DNA from: Lama guanicoe
Taxonomy: Eukaryota
Reading direction: 5' to 3'
Assembly: GCA_013239625.1 (NCBI GenBank)
Contig: MU056000.1
Coordinates: forward strand, 12,289,175 to 12,353,174
Length of the DNA: 64,000 bases
The position numbers were made by a program, and so were the translations under genes. Below are positions 1 to 10,942 of the stretch, piece by piece. The notes under the pieces are model-generated. The model made no database searches and had not been told where the DNA came from. It worked only from the letters and a program-made list of their open reading frames with translations. How positions within the stretch are numbered: the stretch's first letter is position 1; each line of letters opens with the position of its first letter.

Positions 1-750
1 CAGTCTTGCATTCCACACATGGCTCCTCCCTTGACCCCTTCATTGGTGGTGGTGTGTGAACAGCAAAGTGCAATCAGCATTGAAATCGATCACATGTTCG
101 GAATGCCTTGATTGTAGCTCAAAGAGGTCAAGAGAAGGTGGAATTGGTAGATGTGCTGTTCAATGGTGATGCTATAAAATTCTCAGTGGTAAGTTTAACA
201 AGATCCAAAGGTGAACTCTCCTTCTGATTTTCCTGCATACTCGGGGTTGGATTTGGATTTGTGGCCACCATCCACAAAGCACTGTGACGACCTTTGAAGG
301 GGTGACTGGCAGCCAATTTCAGACACACCGTGGATGATGTAGTTTCATAAAAGATGCTGCAACAGCATTAAATAAATGACATGAAGAAATGGCGGAGGTC
401 AGAACTTCTGTATTGTTTTAAAACAACGAGGTTCTGAAGAGCCATGATACCATAAGTAATAAGTTCCCCAACCCTTTTCTTGTGGTGGGAGATAAGAAAT
501 GAGCCCCAAATGACACATTTGACAACAAGAACATGAGATTTTTCTGGATGTGAACCGGAAGGGCTGGTACCTGAACCCTTGGAAAAATCTTGAAGTTCTC
601 TCAGTAGAACAAACACTGAAGGGTCCATCATTCTCAATCTTCATGGAGAAGTCACCATAGCTCACATGGGCTCATGAATTTTGTAATACATTTTTTAAAT
701 CAAGTTTTTTATATATACAGGAGTCCCATACATCCTAAAGGAAAACCACA
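1..750 (+). mobile_element. Probable degenerate hAT (Tip100-like) transposase core fossil, truncated by the window edge
   Basis: Colinear frameshifted motifs: LSGKFNKIQR (182-211, cf. MSGxxNGVQ), PAYSGLDL (cf. CxAHSLNL), PSTKH..QPISDTPW (268-333, cf. STKRW..LSDTRW), KDAATALNK. Many stops. Confidence 0.5.
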
Positions 751-1009
751 CAAAAAACAGCCTCAGGCTGGTCTACAAAAGAGAAATTTGGGGTTGTGTC
801 ACAGGGCCAATTCTATACAAACTCTCTAGCAACCTGGCAAGGGCTTGATTTCCACACCTGAAGTCATCACGATTGCTTTTGCTTCTTAAATAAGACAAGA
901 ATATGTTTGGAATGTTTTCTTCCCCCTAAAGTTTCCATTAAATGTGAGAGCACATCCGCTGAGAGTATTACGAAAAAAATCAGGTAAGTGCAGAAAATTG
1001 TTTATATAA

Positions 1010-1115
1010 AAATGTCCAGGAGAGAGTTGTTTAGAACAGTTAAAAAGCTGGGCACAGCCTAAGTGCCCCTCAGCGGGAGAGTGGTTGAGTAAATCATGGG
1101 AAATGTGCACCGCAG
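1010..1115 (+). mobile_element. Old L1 fragment
   Basis: cagcctaagtgcccctcagcgggagagtggttgagtaaatcatgg resembles the L1 ORF2 end ([12 protein letters not shown]). Confidence 0.5.
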
Positions 1116-1119
1116 CGCA

Positions 1120-1540
1120 TCTGTTCTGCGTAACAAGCCCCCTAAAACTAAGCGGCTTCGGACGACAACGACGTACTGTTTCTCACAGTCCTGTGGCCCA
1201 ACGGGGCTTGGCTGCTGCTGTCACCTGGGCTCTCGGAGGCAGCTGCAGGCCGAGGGGCACCAGCTGTGACGGGTGATGGGACACGGCCTTCCTCCCGGGG
1301 CAGGAGCCTTGCTGGGGCAGCTGGGACAGCTGGCCGCTCCCTCCTGGGTCTTTCTTCACACCGTGGAGGGCTCAGAATTCCATTCGGGCAAGAACAGAAC
1401 TGCAAGACCTTTTGAGAACTTGCAAAGAAGTCACGTGACCTTGCTTCTTCCATATATTATTGGTCAAAGCCTGACATAAGGCCATCCCAGATTCCAGACT
1501 CTCTTGATGGAAGGAACTGTAGAGCATGTGTGCCCATCAT
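1120..1540 (-). mobile_element. MaLR solo LTR (MLT1I/J-like)
   Basis: gcgtaacaagccccctaaaactaagcggctt...tttctcacagtcctgtgg and cccagattccagactctcttgatggaagga match MLT1 antisense hallmarks. Confidence 0.7.
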
Positions 1541-1543
1541 TTT

Positions 1544-1695
1544 GGGGGGGGGACCTTCTGTGGGGGGTGGGAGGGTGGGGAGCAGGTAATTAAGTTTGTT
1601 TATTTATGTATTTGTCTTAGCAGAGATACTGGGGATTGAACCCAGGACTTCATGCATGCTAAGCAGGCACTCTACCAATGAGCTATACCCTCCCC
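1544..1695 (-). mobile_element. Vic-1-type tRNA-Ala-derived SINE
   Basis: Reverse complement reads ggggagggtatagctcattggtagagtgcctgcttagcatgcatgaagtcctgggttcaatccccagt, then an AATAAA/AATTACC tail and C-runs. Confidence 0.9.
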
Positions 1696-1699
1696 ACAA

Positions 1700-2245
1700 T
1701 ACACACACCATTTTAAATTATACAGTGTCACTAATACATTCACAGCGTTGTGCAGCCCTCTGTCTAGTTCCAGAATATTTTCATCACCTCAAAAGGAAAC
1801 CTCACAGCCATTAAGCAGTCACTGTGATTCATACCTACCTCCAGCCTCCGGAAGCCACTAACAATTTGCTTTCTGTCTCCAGGGATTTGCTTATTGTGGA
1901 TATTTCATATACATGGAGTCATGCCTATCTTCTATGACTGGCCTCTCAATCAGCATGTTTGCAAGGTCCGTCTGTGTTGTACCCTGGATCAGTACTTCAT
2001 TCCTTTTCGTGGCTAAGTAATATTCCATTGTATGGCTAGACCACACTTGGTGTATCCATTTGTCACTTGATGGACATTTGGATTGTTTTCACATTTTGGC
2101 TGTGTGAATAGTGGCATTGTGAATACTTGGATACCTGTTTTCAATTCTTTGGGGTGTATACCTAGGGATGGAATTGCAGGGCCAGATGGTATTCTGTTTT
2201 GCTCTTTAAAGAACTACCAAACTGTACTCCTCTGTGGCTATTTTT
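1700..2245 (-). mobile_element. L1MB-like 3' end
   Basis: Typical antisense L1MB text: tacattcacagcgttgtgcagcc, tggctaagtaatattccattgtatgg, tatacctagggatggaattgc. Confidence 0.85.
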
Positions 2246-2319
2246 AATCCAGCAAACTATCCATATTTATTGATGTGGAGACAGGAATAAGCTACAAAAT
2301 GATGTGTTTCATCTGCATG

Positions 2320-2760
2320 CTACAGAAACTTAAGTAAAACAAACAAACAGTGTCTATAAGCAGATATGTTTATTCTTCTCTTATAAACAAAGCCTGGAGG
2401 GTTGGGATGTTCTGTAAAGTCTCCAAGGACATCAGCTCCTTCCAGCGCTGTCTCTCTCTGCAGTGGGCCACTGTGACCCTCAGCCTCACATGTTATGAAG
2501 GCAGCCTCAGCTTCCTAGGCTGCAGGAAGCAGTGAGAGGGCCATGGCTGATGGAGGAGGCAAAGAGCTCACCCACTGTCTCTTATGGCAGGTTCCCAGGA
2601 GTCTTCACACATTGCGCCTTCTCCTTCTTGGCCAGAATTTTGTCTTCAGCTGCGAGGAATACTGAGACATGTGACATTTATTCTGGATTTTTAGCTACCC
2701 AGCTAAAAACTGTTACTTGGGAGAAGAAACCAAGAGGTACTAGGGAATAGCTGCCCATCT
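2320..2760 (-). mobile_element. Old MaLR LTR (MLT1J/K-like)
   Basis: ttggccagaatttt...cagctgcgaggaatactgagacatgtgacatttattctgg resembles the MLT1J/K motif. Confidence 0.55.
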
Positions 2761-2989
2761 CTTCCCATCTGACAAAATTAATTGTATAGAAAAGAAGAAC
2801 GTTTAACAGATGTTATCTCTTGGTAACAAGGGCAGGCAATTAAAATTATTCTTGATATTTTTCTACGCTTTCTGAGTTTGTGACACCTATAAAATCATAC
2901 GGTTAACCTTTTTTGAAAAAATAAAATACTCATTTCTTTTATCAAAACAGAACTTCATTTATTCTTTCTTTCGATTATTTTTTTAAAGA

Positions 2990-3730
2990 GTTCATGTTGT
3001 ATCTCTGATGTCAGGTATTAGAAAATACAAAAATGAGTAAGACAGGATCTCTAACGAAATCAATAGACCAGTTGCAGAGAGAGAGAGTGAGCTACTGAAA
3101 GATAATTTTGAAATGACTATGGAAATTTCTATAGCAGAGCATACATAAAGTTTTCAGGGGAACTTTAAAATAAAAAGTGAAGCCTAGGGGAGTGTTATGG
3201 GCTGAGTCATGTCCCCCTAAATTCATATGTTGAAGTCCTAACTTCCAACACCCTGACACGTGACTGTGTTTGGAGACAGGGCTCTTAAAAGGTGATTAAT
3301 TAAAAATGAGGCCATTAGGATGGGCTCTAATCCAATATGACTGATGTCTTCATAAGAAGAGGCAGTCTGAGCACACACAGAGACACCAGGGATGCTTGCA
3401 CAGAAGAAAGATCACGTGAGGACGCAGCAAGTCAGCCATCTGTGAGCGAAGGAGGGAGGCTTCCGAAGAGACCAACCCTGCCAACACCTTGCTCTTGGGA
3501 CTCCCAGCCTCCAAAACTGAGAAAATCAATCTGCTGTTTGTCACCTAGTCAGGGTATTTTGTGATGGCAGCTCTAGCAAACTAATAATAAATCCGGAGAA
3601 AATTCCCAGAGAGCTGCACTTGAACCAGGACTCAGTGGATGAGTAGGCCTCTACCAGGTGGCAAAGAGAGCAAAGCACATTCTAGGCACAGGGCAAAACC
3701 CCAAGTTACGAAGAGCATTTCAGCAAAGGG
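2990..3730 (-). mobile_element. L2 fragment interrupted by MLT1B
   Basis: aatacaaaaatgagtaagacagg on the left and gatgagtagg...cattctaggcacaggg on the right of the LTR. Confidence 0.55.
3193..3588 (+). mobile_element. MLT1B solo LTR
   Basis: Starts tgttatgggctga...aaattcatatgttgaagtcctaa and ends tggcagctctagcaaactaata. Confidence 0.9.
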
Positions 3731-3829
3731 TACCAAGGACGGTTAGGCAGAGAGCGCGTGTGTGTAGAGTTATAGGACACAAACCCCAAAATTTGCGTTA
3801 AACCCCCGTTAAGTTAGTGTAGCATAGTA

Positions 3830-4236
3830 TGCTGTACATGTCTGAAAACTGACTCTCTGTAAAGGATAGCCCTGATCTACACCACAGCGTTTGCTGATTT
3901 CTGCAGCGCACATACTCTCACCGGGGCTGACTTTAGGGATTCCCCGAACGTGGAGTGGGGAAGACCTGCACAGAAGCACATCACTATTCAGTATTTCCGC
4001 CACACACGATGCAGTGGACATCGCTAACTTCAAGTGCATGGATAAGAATAAAAATGTACTAGAATAATTTGTAAGCAATAAGGGCTGAGGGTGTACTATT
4101 TGGAGTTTTAATATAATTTATTTAATTGTAAGTTTGTATAACTTCATTTTGACTAATGGCTGTGCTGAACACCTGGCTCACAAAATGCCTGAAAACTTAA
4201 GTCTGTTCTCCTGAGTGAGTATGAGCACACCCCTGT
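3830..4236 (-). mobile_element. MER63B-like hAT-Blackjack element
   Basis: agcgtttgctgatttc, tttttaatataatttatttaattgtaagttt and aaaatgcctgaaaacttaa...gagcacacccctg match the MER63 reverse complement. Confidence 0.75.
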
Positions 4237-4559
4237 TTACAGCTACTGTTTCATAAATTATTGCGCTTGCCCTTGGAGGGGTTAAGACTCAGAAAATAAA
4301 GTAATGCATAGCAGCATTTATCATCTGGTTGAAAACATGACACACACATGTTCAAAGGAACTTGGGATAATTGTGAAGAAGGTAGAGGATTATGGGAGGC
4401 AGGAGGCGGCATCTCCACAGCTGTGGTAGTAGTTAAACCATCACAGAGGAGGTGGGAGAGACTGGAATCTTACAGTGTAAATCAACAGCACTTTACAACT
4501 GCACTTAAATTCCTCCAGGGACTCCTGTACAATTAGCATTAAATACCAGCTCCCTTCAG

Positions 4560-5190
4560 ACTGATAAAACCCTGCAGGACCTACCTTACAATCACTCTGG
4601 CCTTCTGGAACTCAATCCTGCCTCAGGGCCTTTGCACATGTGTTTCCTGTACCTGCAATGTCTCCCCTCACCTTTCACTTATCCCCATTCACTCTGCATG
4701 GCTGCCTTGTCTCCTCGCTCAGAACTCAACTCAGGTGTCCTCGAATCAGCCAGTCTAATTCTGCAGTGACACTGGGTCACGTCACTCCACCTCTTTTTTT
4801 TTTCATAGCCTTTATCACTCTTTGAAATGATCTTATATTCTCTTTGTTTTCCTCAGGGGTTAGCAAACTGCAGTCCATGGGCCAAATCTGGTGCAAAACC
4901 TGTTCTTGAAATGGACTTTTACCGGAACCAGCCACCCCCAGTTCCTGACAGACAGTCCAGGGCTGCTTTTGCAATACAGAGTCAAGCAGCTGCAACAGAG
5001 CCCAAACTATTGATTTCTGTCCCTTTCAGGGAGGTTTGCTGATCCCGGGCTTACTTGCTTGCTGTGTTTATGTGTTGGTTGTCTGTCTTCCTCCACTGGA
5101 ACGCTAGCTCCTTGGGAGCAGGGTGTTTGTCTCTTTTATCCCCTGCTATATCTCAAGCACCCAGAGGAATGTCTATTGCACAAATGAAGG
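4560..5190 (+). mobile_element. L2 3' fragment interrupted by MER58A
   Basis: cctcagggcctttgcacatg before the insertion; tgtctgtcttcctccactggaacgctagctccttgggagcaggg after it. Confidence 0.75.
4854..5048 (+). mobile_element. MER58A (hAT-Charlie MITE)
   Basis: TIRs caggggttagcaaact ... gtttgctgatccc. Confidence 0.85.
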
Positions 5191-5309
5191 GGTGACAGTA
5201 TTATTAACTAAAGGGCTTGCATGTTAACACTGGCCCAGCCTAATCATAACACCAATATTAACTAGCACTACCATTGCCACTGAAGGCTAAGGTGTGCTAA
5301 CAAGAGCTG

Positions 5310-5500
5310 GTGCAGGCGGGGCGCTGCTCTAAATGCTTTGCTTGAGTTATCGAATCAGCAAGGGGGGTTCCATGCTACCCATTTTATGCAGGAGCAAATC
5401 GAGACTCAGAATTCAAGCAACTGCCCACCTTCCCGCGGTTGGGCGTGGCACACAGCTCCGTGAGGTCTCTCAAGCTTATGCTCTTTCGTCTGTCCTGAAA
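5310..5500 (-). mobile_element. MIR
   Basis: Core cccattttatgcaggagcaaatcgagactcaga. Confidence 0.6.
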
Positions 5501-5680
5501 GACCATGAACTTCAGAGTAAGAACTGAATTCAAAAGTCAGACTTTACCTCTCTACAACTTTGTTTAATGTGAGGTTGGGAAATTATCCCCTAATTCCCAG
5601 GATTGAAAAAGATAGGGAAAGCACCTAAAGCAATGCCTGGCATGCAGTGGGTGCTCAAAAGCGGTCATTTCCTTCCTTCT

Positions 5681-5775
5681 TTTTTTTTTTTTTTTAATGG
5701 AGGCACTGGGGATGGAACCCAGGACCTCGTGCATGCTGAGCATGCGCTCTACCACTGAGCTACTACCCTCTCCCA
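5681..5775 (-). mobile_element. Short Vic-1-type SINE / tRNA-Ala retrocopy with poly(A) and TSD
   Basis: tRNA-Ala(AGC)-like head directly followed by an A-tail. TSD ccttccttct (5671-5680) / ccttccctct (5776-5785); TT/AAAA endonuclease site. Confidence 0.9.
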
Positions 5776-6552
5776 CCTTCCCTCTTTTTTAAGACAAGGA
5801 ATAGGACAAATTCCATTCGGTCCACCCTTGACCTTCCACCTGGCAGTGGGCCACAGTGTGTCCAGCCAGCTGTCCTGCCTGGCCAGGCGGCGGTGCCTGT
5901 GTTTTCACAGCAGGGACAGCTCTGACCTGGCCTGGAGCCTTGTGAGCCCCCTCCCCTCGCACCTTCCTCCTTTTTGACCCTGGCTGCTTACCTGGATTGA
6001 AAAACAATTCCTCCACTTCTTCAGCTTCTTTGCCTTTGGGAAAAATAGTCCTATTTAGACGCCTTCTGCCTCCACCTTCTGACACCGGGCCCCCTGGGTT
6101 CTGATCACTGCCCCAGAACAAACAGAAAAATTTCATCAGAATACAACATTTAGCAGGACATAAAATGCCAGTGGTCTGGACACTGACATCTGAGTAGGTG
6201 CAGAGAATTTTGCAAATGGAAAAAGTCATGAAGAGTTTTGCAAGAATCTGAATATGTTAAAAATATATTAATTTGGTATAGCCAGAAAATAAGCATGACT
6301 GGGTGGTGGGAACAGTGACATGCAGATACATCATGGGCTGTGAATTAGTCATGGGGCTCTTTGAATTAAGCAAGAAAAACGAGTGCTGGCAAACTTAAGG
6401 GGGAAAGGAATTTATTTGCAGTATACTGGGGAGCTTGTGGAATCAAAGGGCGGCATCAGAGGGCAGAGGCTTCCTGTCTCAGCACCATGTTGAATAGATA
6501 GCTCCTCTCCCCGCAAGCACCTTATCATGTTGGGCATCCTTTATTATTCATG

Positions 6553-6900
6553 TACATCCAAACTGAGAGACATTCCACAAAAACACTTGGCCAGTACTCC
6601 TCAAATTGTCAAACTCAACAGAAGCAAGGAAAGACAGAAACTGTCACACACCAAGAAGGCTAAGGAGGGTCAAATGTAACGTGGGACCCTGGAACAGAAA
6701 AGGGACATATGTACAAACACCAGTGAAATCCGAATTAAGTCTAAAGTTTAGTTAGTAGTAACGTACCAATGTTGGTTTCTTCCTCTTGACAAATGCACAA
6801 GATAACATAAGATGTTAACACAAAAGGAACAATGTGTATTAGGTTTGCCGCTTTTCCATAAATCTAGAATTACTCCTCACAAAAGTGTGTTGTTAAAAAA
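6553..6900 (+). mobile_element. L1MC-like 3' end
   Basis: ccaaactgagagacattccacaaaa...ccagtactcctcaaattgtcaa; gggaccctggaacagaaaagggacat. Confidence 0.8.
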
Positions 6901-7218
6901 ATTTCAAAGGTACAGGGAATCCACAAAAGTCCAAGAAAGATAACGCAAAAACCACAATGGCAAGTGATTCCCCGTGCCAAAGAGGAATGGGAGATGAGCA
7001 TCCATGAGTCACAGCTGAGACTCTTACATAAATTATGAATCCCCAAAGGCTATACCCTTGGAAATGCACAGCATGGAAAATTCCCAGCTCTTGTCAAAGG
7101 CACTGACAAGAAAACTTGTCAATTAAGGCCTTGATGTGGGATGAAAATAGAAACTTTCTTGAGAACTCATAAACCCAAGCAGCTCTGATTCTGGTTTAGA
7201 CTTTCAATTTGTACCACC

Positions 7219-7577
7219 TGTTAGGGGCAGAATTAGGCAACCAACCCCCAATTCATATGTTGAAGTCCCAACCTCCAGTGTCTTGAAATGTGACTGTATT
7301 TGCAGACAGGGCTAATTCAGTGTGACTTGTGTTCTTATGAGAAGAGGAAGTTTAGACTTAGAGAGGGACACCAGCGGCATGCAGGCACGCAGAAGAAAGG
7401 CCATGTGAGGACACAGGAAGAAGGCAGCGCCTGCAAGCCAAGGAGAGAGGCCTCAGGAGAAACGAACCCTGCTGACACCTTGATCATGGACTTTCAGCCT
7501 CCAGACCTGTGAGAAAGTGAATTTCTGTTGGTTAAGCCATCCAGTCTGTGGCACTTTGCTATGGCCACCCTAACCAG
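7219..7577 (+). mobile_element. MLT1B solo LTR (internally deleted)
   Basis: aattcatatgttgaagtccc, ggccatgtgaggacacagg, aagccatccagtctgtggcactttgctatggc. Confidence 0.85.
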
Positions 7578-7882
7578 TGTAAAATCTGCAGGGTGGGCTG
7601 ATGTGCTAGAAATCCAGGGAAGGGTTGAAGTTTGAGTCCAAAGGCGGTCTGCTGGGAGAATTTCTTCTAGCTCAGGGGAGGTCAGCCTTTGTTCTTCTAA
7701 GCCTTTCAACTGTAAGAGGGACCCACCCACATTATGGAGTGTAATCTATTTACTCAAAGTCCATCCATCTAAATGTTAATCTGATCCAAAAAACACCTTC
7801 ACAGAAACATTCAGAAAAATGCTCCATCAAGTATTTGGGCACCATGGCCCGGTCAAGTTGACACATAAAATTAATCATCACA
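7578..7882 (-). mobile_element. MLT2 (ERVL) LTR, partial
   Basis: Ends gtcaagttgacacataaaattaatcatcaca, the reverse complement of the MLT2 5' end. Confidence 0.85.
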
Positions 7883-8079
7883 GATGAGGTGTATCTTCTT
7901 GTTTGGAAGTGTTGTCTGTTGTCTTTTGCACGCCAGCTGTCTGCATGCAGGGATTGCTTCAGAGGATATCCCCGCGTTGTGCACTGCTGACTCTGCTGGA
8001 TGGAACCAGGGGACGTGGAACCAGACGTGACCATGACCCCACGTAGCCCAGCACCAGAAATGGAGGAAATACTGGGTTT

Positions 8080-8555
8080 GAAATAAATGAAGCAAGTCTG
8101 CAGAAAGTTCTTCCAAATCTCACAGCTCATATATAAAAGAAATTTGAACCAAGTCTGCCCTAACTTGCCAACAATCCTAAAAATGTACATGACACTGCCA
8201 TGTATTCTTTATGAAGCGGAAAGAAACTCTTCTACACTATCAATGATAAAAAGTGAATTCTATTGACTGTGCTAGAGAGAGACTGAATTGTCATTCTTAT
8301 TCTCTCTATAGAAAATATTATCTCAAAAAAAGCCATTGTTCGAAGAAGGGATTAAGGGGCATGCTGATCAAAAAAAATGTAGGAAAACATTATTAGAGAT
8401 GAGTGTTCATTAATAACAAATTTTTTAAGATTTGCAATTTGTTATGATTACTTTGTTCATCTTTTGGCCTAATGTGACTGTGTATTATTTTTAATAATGA
8501 GACTTCACCTAACTGCGTAAGCTCTGGGTCCCACAAAACCAGGATCCACCCCTTG
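8080..8555 (+). mobile_element. hAT-Tip100-like element 3' end with transposase dimerisation-domain remnant
   Basis: From 8123 translates QLIYKRNLNQVCPNLPTILKMYMTLPCILYEAERNSSTLSMIK, then ERLN after a frameshift (hATC motif FPNL..LTLP..EAERSFS.L..IK..ERL). Terminus cccacaaaaccaggatccacccct. Confidence 0.8.
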
Positions 8556-8788
8556 GTAGGGCTGAGGAGAGGGACCCACTGGGGAGGAGAAGAAACCAGG
8601 AGGATACACGGAAGCCAGAGAGAGGACTGTTTCCAGGAAAGAGTGGCTGGCAGTGAATGTTCTGGGACATTACTGTCAAAAATCTCACACCTGATCAGCA
8701 AAAGGCCTTCAGGAATTGAAAACTGCTTCATCAGGGGAAAACCTGGGTGTTTCTAAGTGTTCATCTGCCTCAAAATCACCAAGATTCT

Positions 8789-8912
8789 GGGCTGCCAGAT
8801 TTAGCAAATAAAACCATAAGAAGCCCTGTCAATTTGAATTTCAGAAAAAAGCAAACAATGTTTCAGTATGAGTATGTCCTATGCAATGCCGGTATCTTAT
8901 CTGACAACACTA
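8789..8912. mobile_element. MER53 hAT MITE (deleted form)
   Basis: gggctgccagatttagcaaataaaa...tttgaatttcaga...agtatgtcctatgcaa...atctgacaacact. Confidence 0.75.
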
Positions 8913-9299
8913 CCTGGTGAGTTTCTTAAAAGCACAGTTTACTCAGGTGATTCGTAGGTAGATGTAGGTGCACTTGCTCTAGACTTAAGAAAGTATTATT
9001 TTAGGCATTCAGGTCACTGTTCAGAAGAATCCTGTGAACTATCAAAATCGATCTCTCCAAATTGATTTCCAATCCAGATCCACAAATATGTGGCCTAACC
9101 TTTACAATTAAGAGGATGAATTTTAACCTGGGAGCAAGCAGAGGGATTTAGTCAATAACAGAGCTGCAAATTAGCCTCTGAAGTAAGGTGATTGTTATCA
9201 AAAGGCATGGACCAAACAGGTTAGATGTTGGGGTCCTCATCTCCAACTCATTTTATTCTTTTTCTTTTTCATTTAGTTTATTTTTGTCACCAATTTTTT

Positions 9300-9790
9300 C
9301 ACCTTTATTGAGGTATAACTGACAAATAAAATTGTAAGATAATTTAAAGTGTACATTGTGGTCATTTGATATCTGCATTTATTGTGAAAGGATCCCTATC
9401 ACCTTGTTAAGCCTCACATATTTATCTTTTTGGCACATGTGTGAGAACATTTATGTTCTCCTCTTGCAGCAAGTTTTAATTATACAACACCGTGATATCA
9501 ACAATTGCCTCCATGTTTTACATTAGATCCTCAGAACTGTTCAGCTTGTAGTTGAACGTCTACACCCTTTTGCCAACCTCTCCCTATTTTCCTCACCCCC
9601 TACCCTCTGGCAACCACTTTTCTACTCTTTGTTTCCAAGAGTTTAATTTTTTTAATTTTATCATCCCACATATACGATTTGACTTACTTTGTCTGGCTTA
9701 TTTCACTTAGCATAATACCCTCAAGATTCAACCACGTTGTTGCAGATAGCAGGCTGAATAGTATTCCATTTTATAGATATATAGTATGTA

Positions 9791-9842
<52 letters not shown>

Positions 9843-10290
9843 ACATCTTCTTTATCCATTCATCTGTCAATGGACAATTAGGTTGTTTTCATATCTTAGC
9901 TCCTGTGACTAATGCTGCAGTGAACATGGGAGTACAGGTATCTCTTTGCCACAGTGCTTTCATTTCCTTCAGATAAATACCCAGAAGTGGAATTTCTGGA
10001 TCATATGGTAGTTCTGTTTTTAATTTTTTGAGGAACCTCCATACTATTTTCCATAATGGCTCCACCAAATTTGTATTTCCATCAACAGTGCACAAGGGTT
10101 CCCTTTTTCCCACATCCTCACCAGCACTTGTGATGTAAAATCACATTGTGCTTTTGATTTGATGGTTAGTGATGTTAAGTACTTCTCATGTACCTGTTGG
10201 CCATTTGTAAGTGTTCTTCAGAAAAATGTCTATCTAGTTCCTCGACCCTTTTTTTTTTATTGGATTGTTTGGGGTTTTGTTCCTACTCTT
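9300..10290 (-). mobile_element. L1MA9-like 3' end with ORF2 C-terminal remnant
   Basis: ORF 9889-10113 (PLWKIVWRFLKKLKTELPYDPEIPLLGIY..CTPMFTAAL) plus L1MA-type 3' UTR. Confidence 0.9.
9795..9840. repeat. (TA)23 microsatellite
   Basis: Perfect TA run inside the L1. Confidence 0.97.
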
Positions 10291-10294
10291 TTTA

Positions 10295-10870
10295 AAAAAG
10301 TATAATGGAAAAAATATATAACATAACATTTGCCATTTTAACTAGTTTTAAGTGTACAGTTCAGTGACATTAAGTACATTCACAGTGTTGTGCAGCCATC
10401 ATCAATGTCTATTTCCAAAATGTTTTCATTGCGCCCCTAACAGAAACTCTGTAACAGTGGGCAATAACTCTTATTCTCCCTCCCCCATCCCCTGGTAACC
10501 TCTATTCTACGTTCTCTAGGAATTTACCTATTATAGATACGTCATCTAAATGGAGTCATATGTTATTTTTCCTTTTACTTATTTCCCTTAGGATAATGTT
10601 TTCAAGGTTTCATCTATGTTGTAGCAAATACCAACTTCATTTATTTTTATAGCTGAATAATATTCCATCGTACATATACGCCACATTGTTCACCCATTCA
10701 TTTGTCAACAGACATTTATCTAGTTTCCAGCTTTTGACTAATGTGAATAACACTGCCACGAACATTGATATACAAGTACCTGTTTGAGTCCCTACTTTCC
10801 GTTCTTTTGGATACATACACAGAAATGAAATAGCTGGGTCACATGTTAATTCTTTCTAGCTTTTAAGATC
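10295..10870 (-). mobile_element. L1MB-like 3' end
   Basis: tttaagtgtacagttcagtgacattaagtacattcacagtgttgtgcagccatc; gctgaataatattccatcgt. Confidence 0.85.
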
Positions 10871-10942
10871 TACCCAATGCCCCACTGTTTATAGCCTACT
10901 CGTTATACAAGAACAGCCACTGAGCTCCAACATAGCAGCAGC

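Noticed and set aside
128..665. Minus-strand ORFs as a processed pseudogene or viral element
   Set aside because: No recognisable protein; plus-strand motifs fit a hAT transposase better, though this is unconfirmed.
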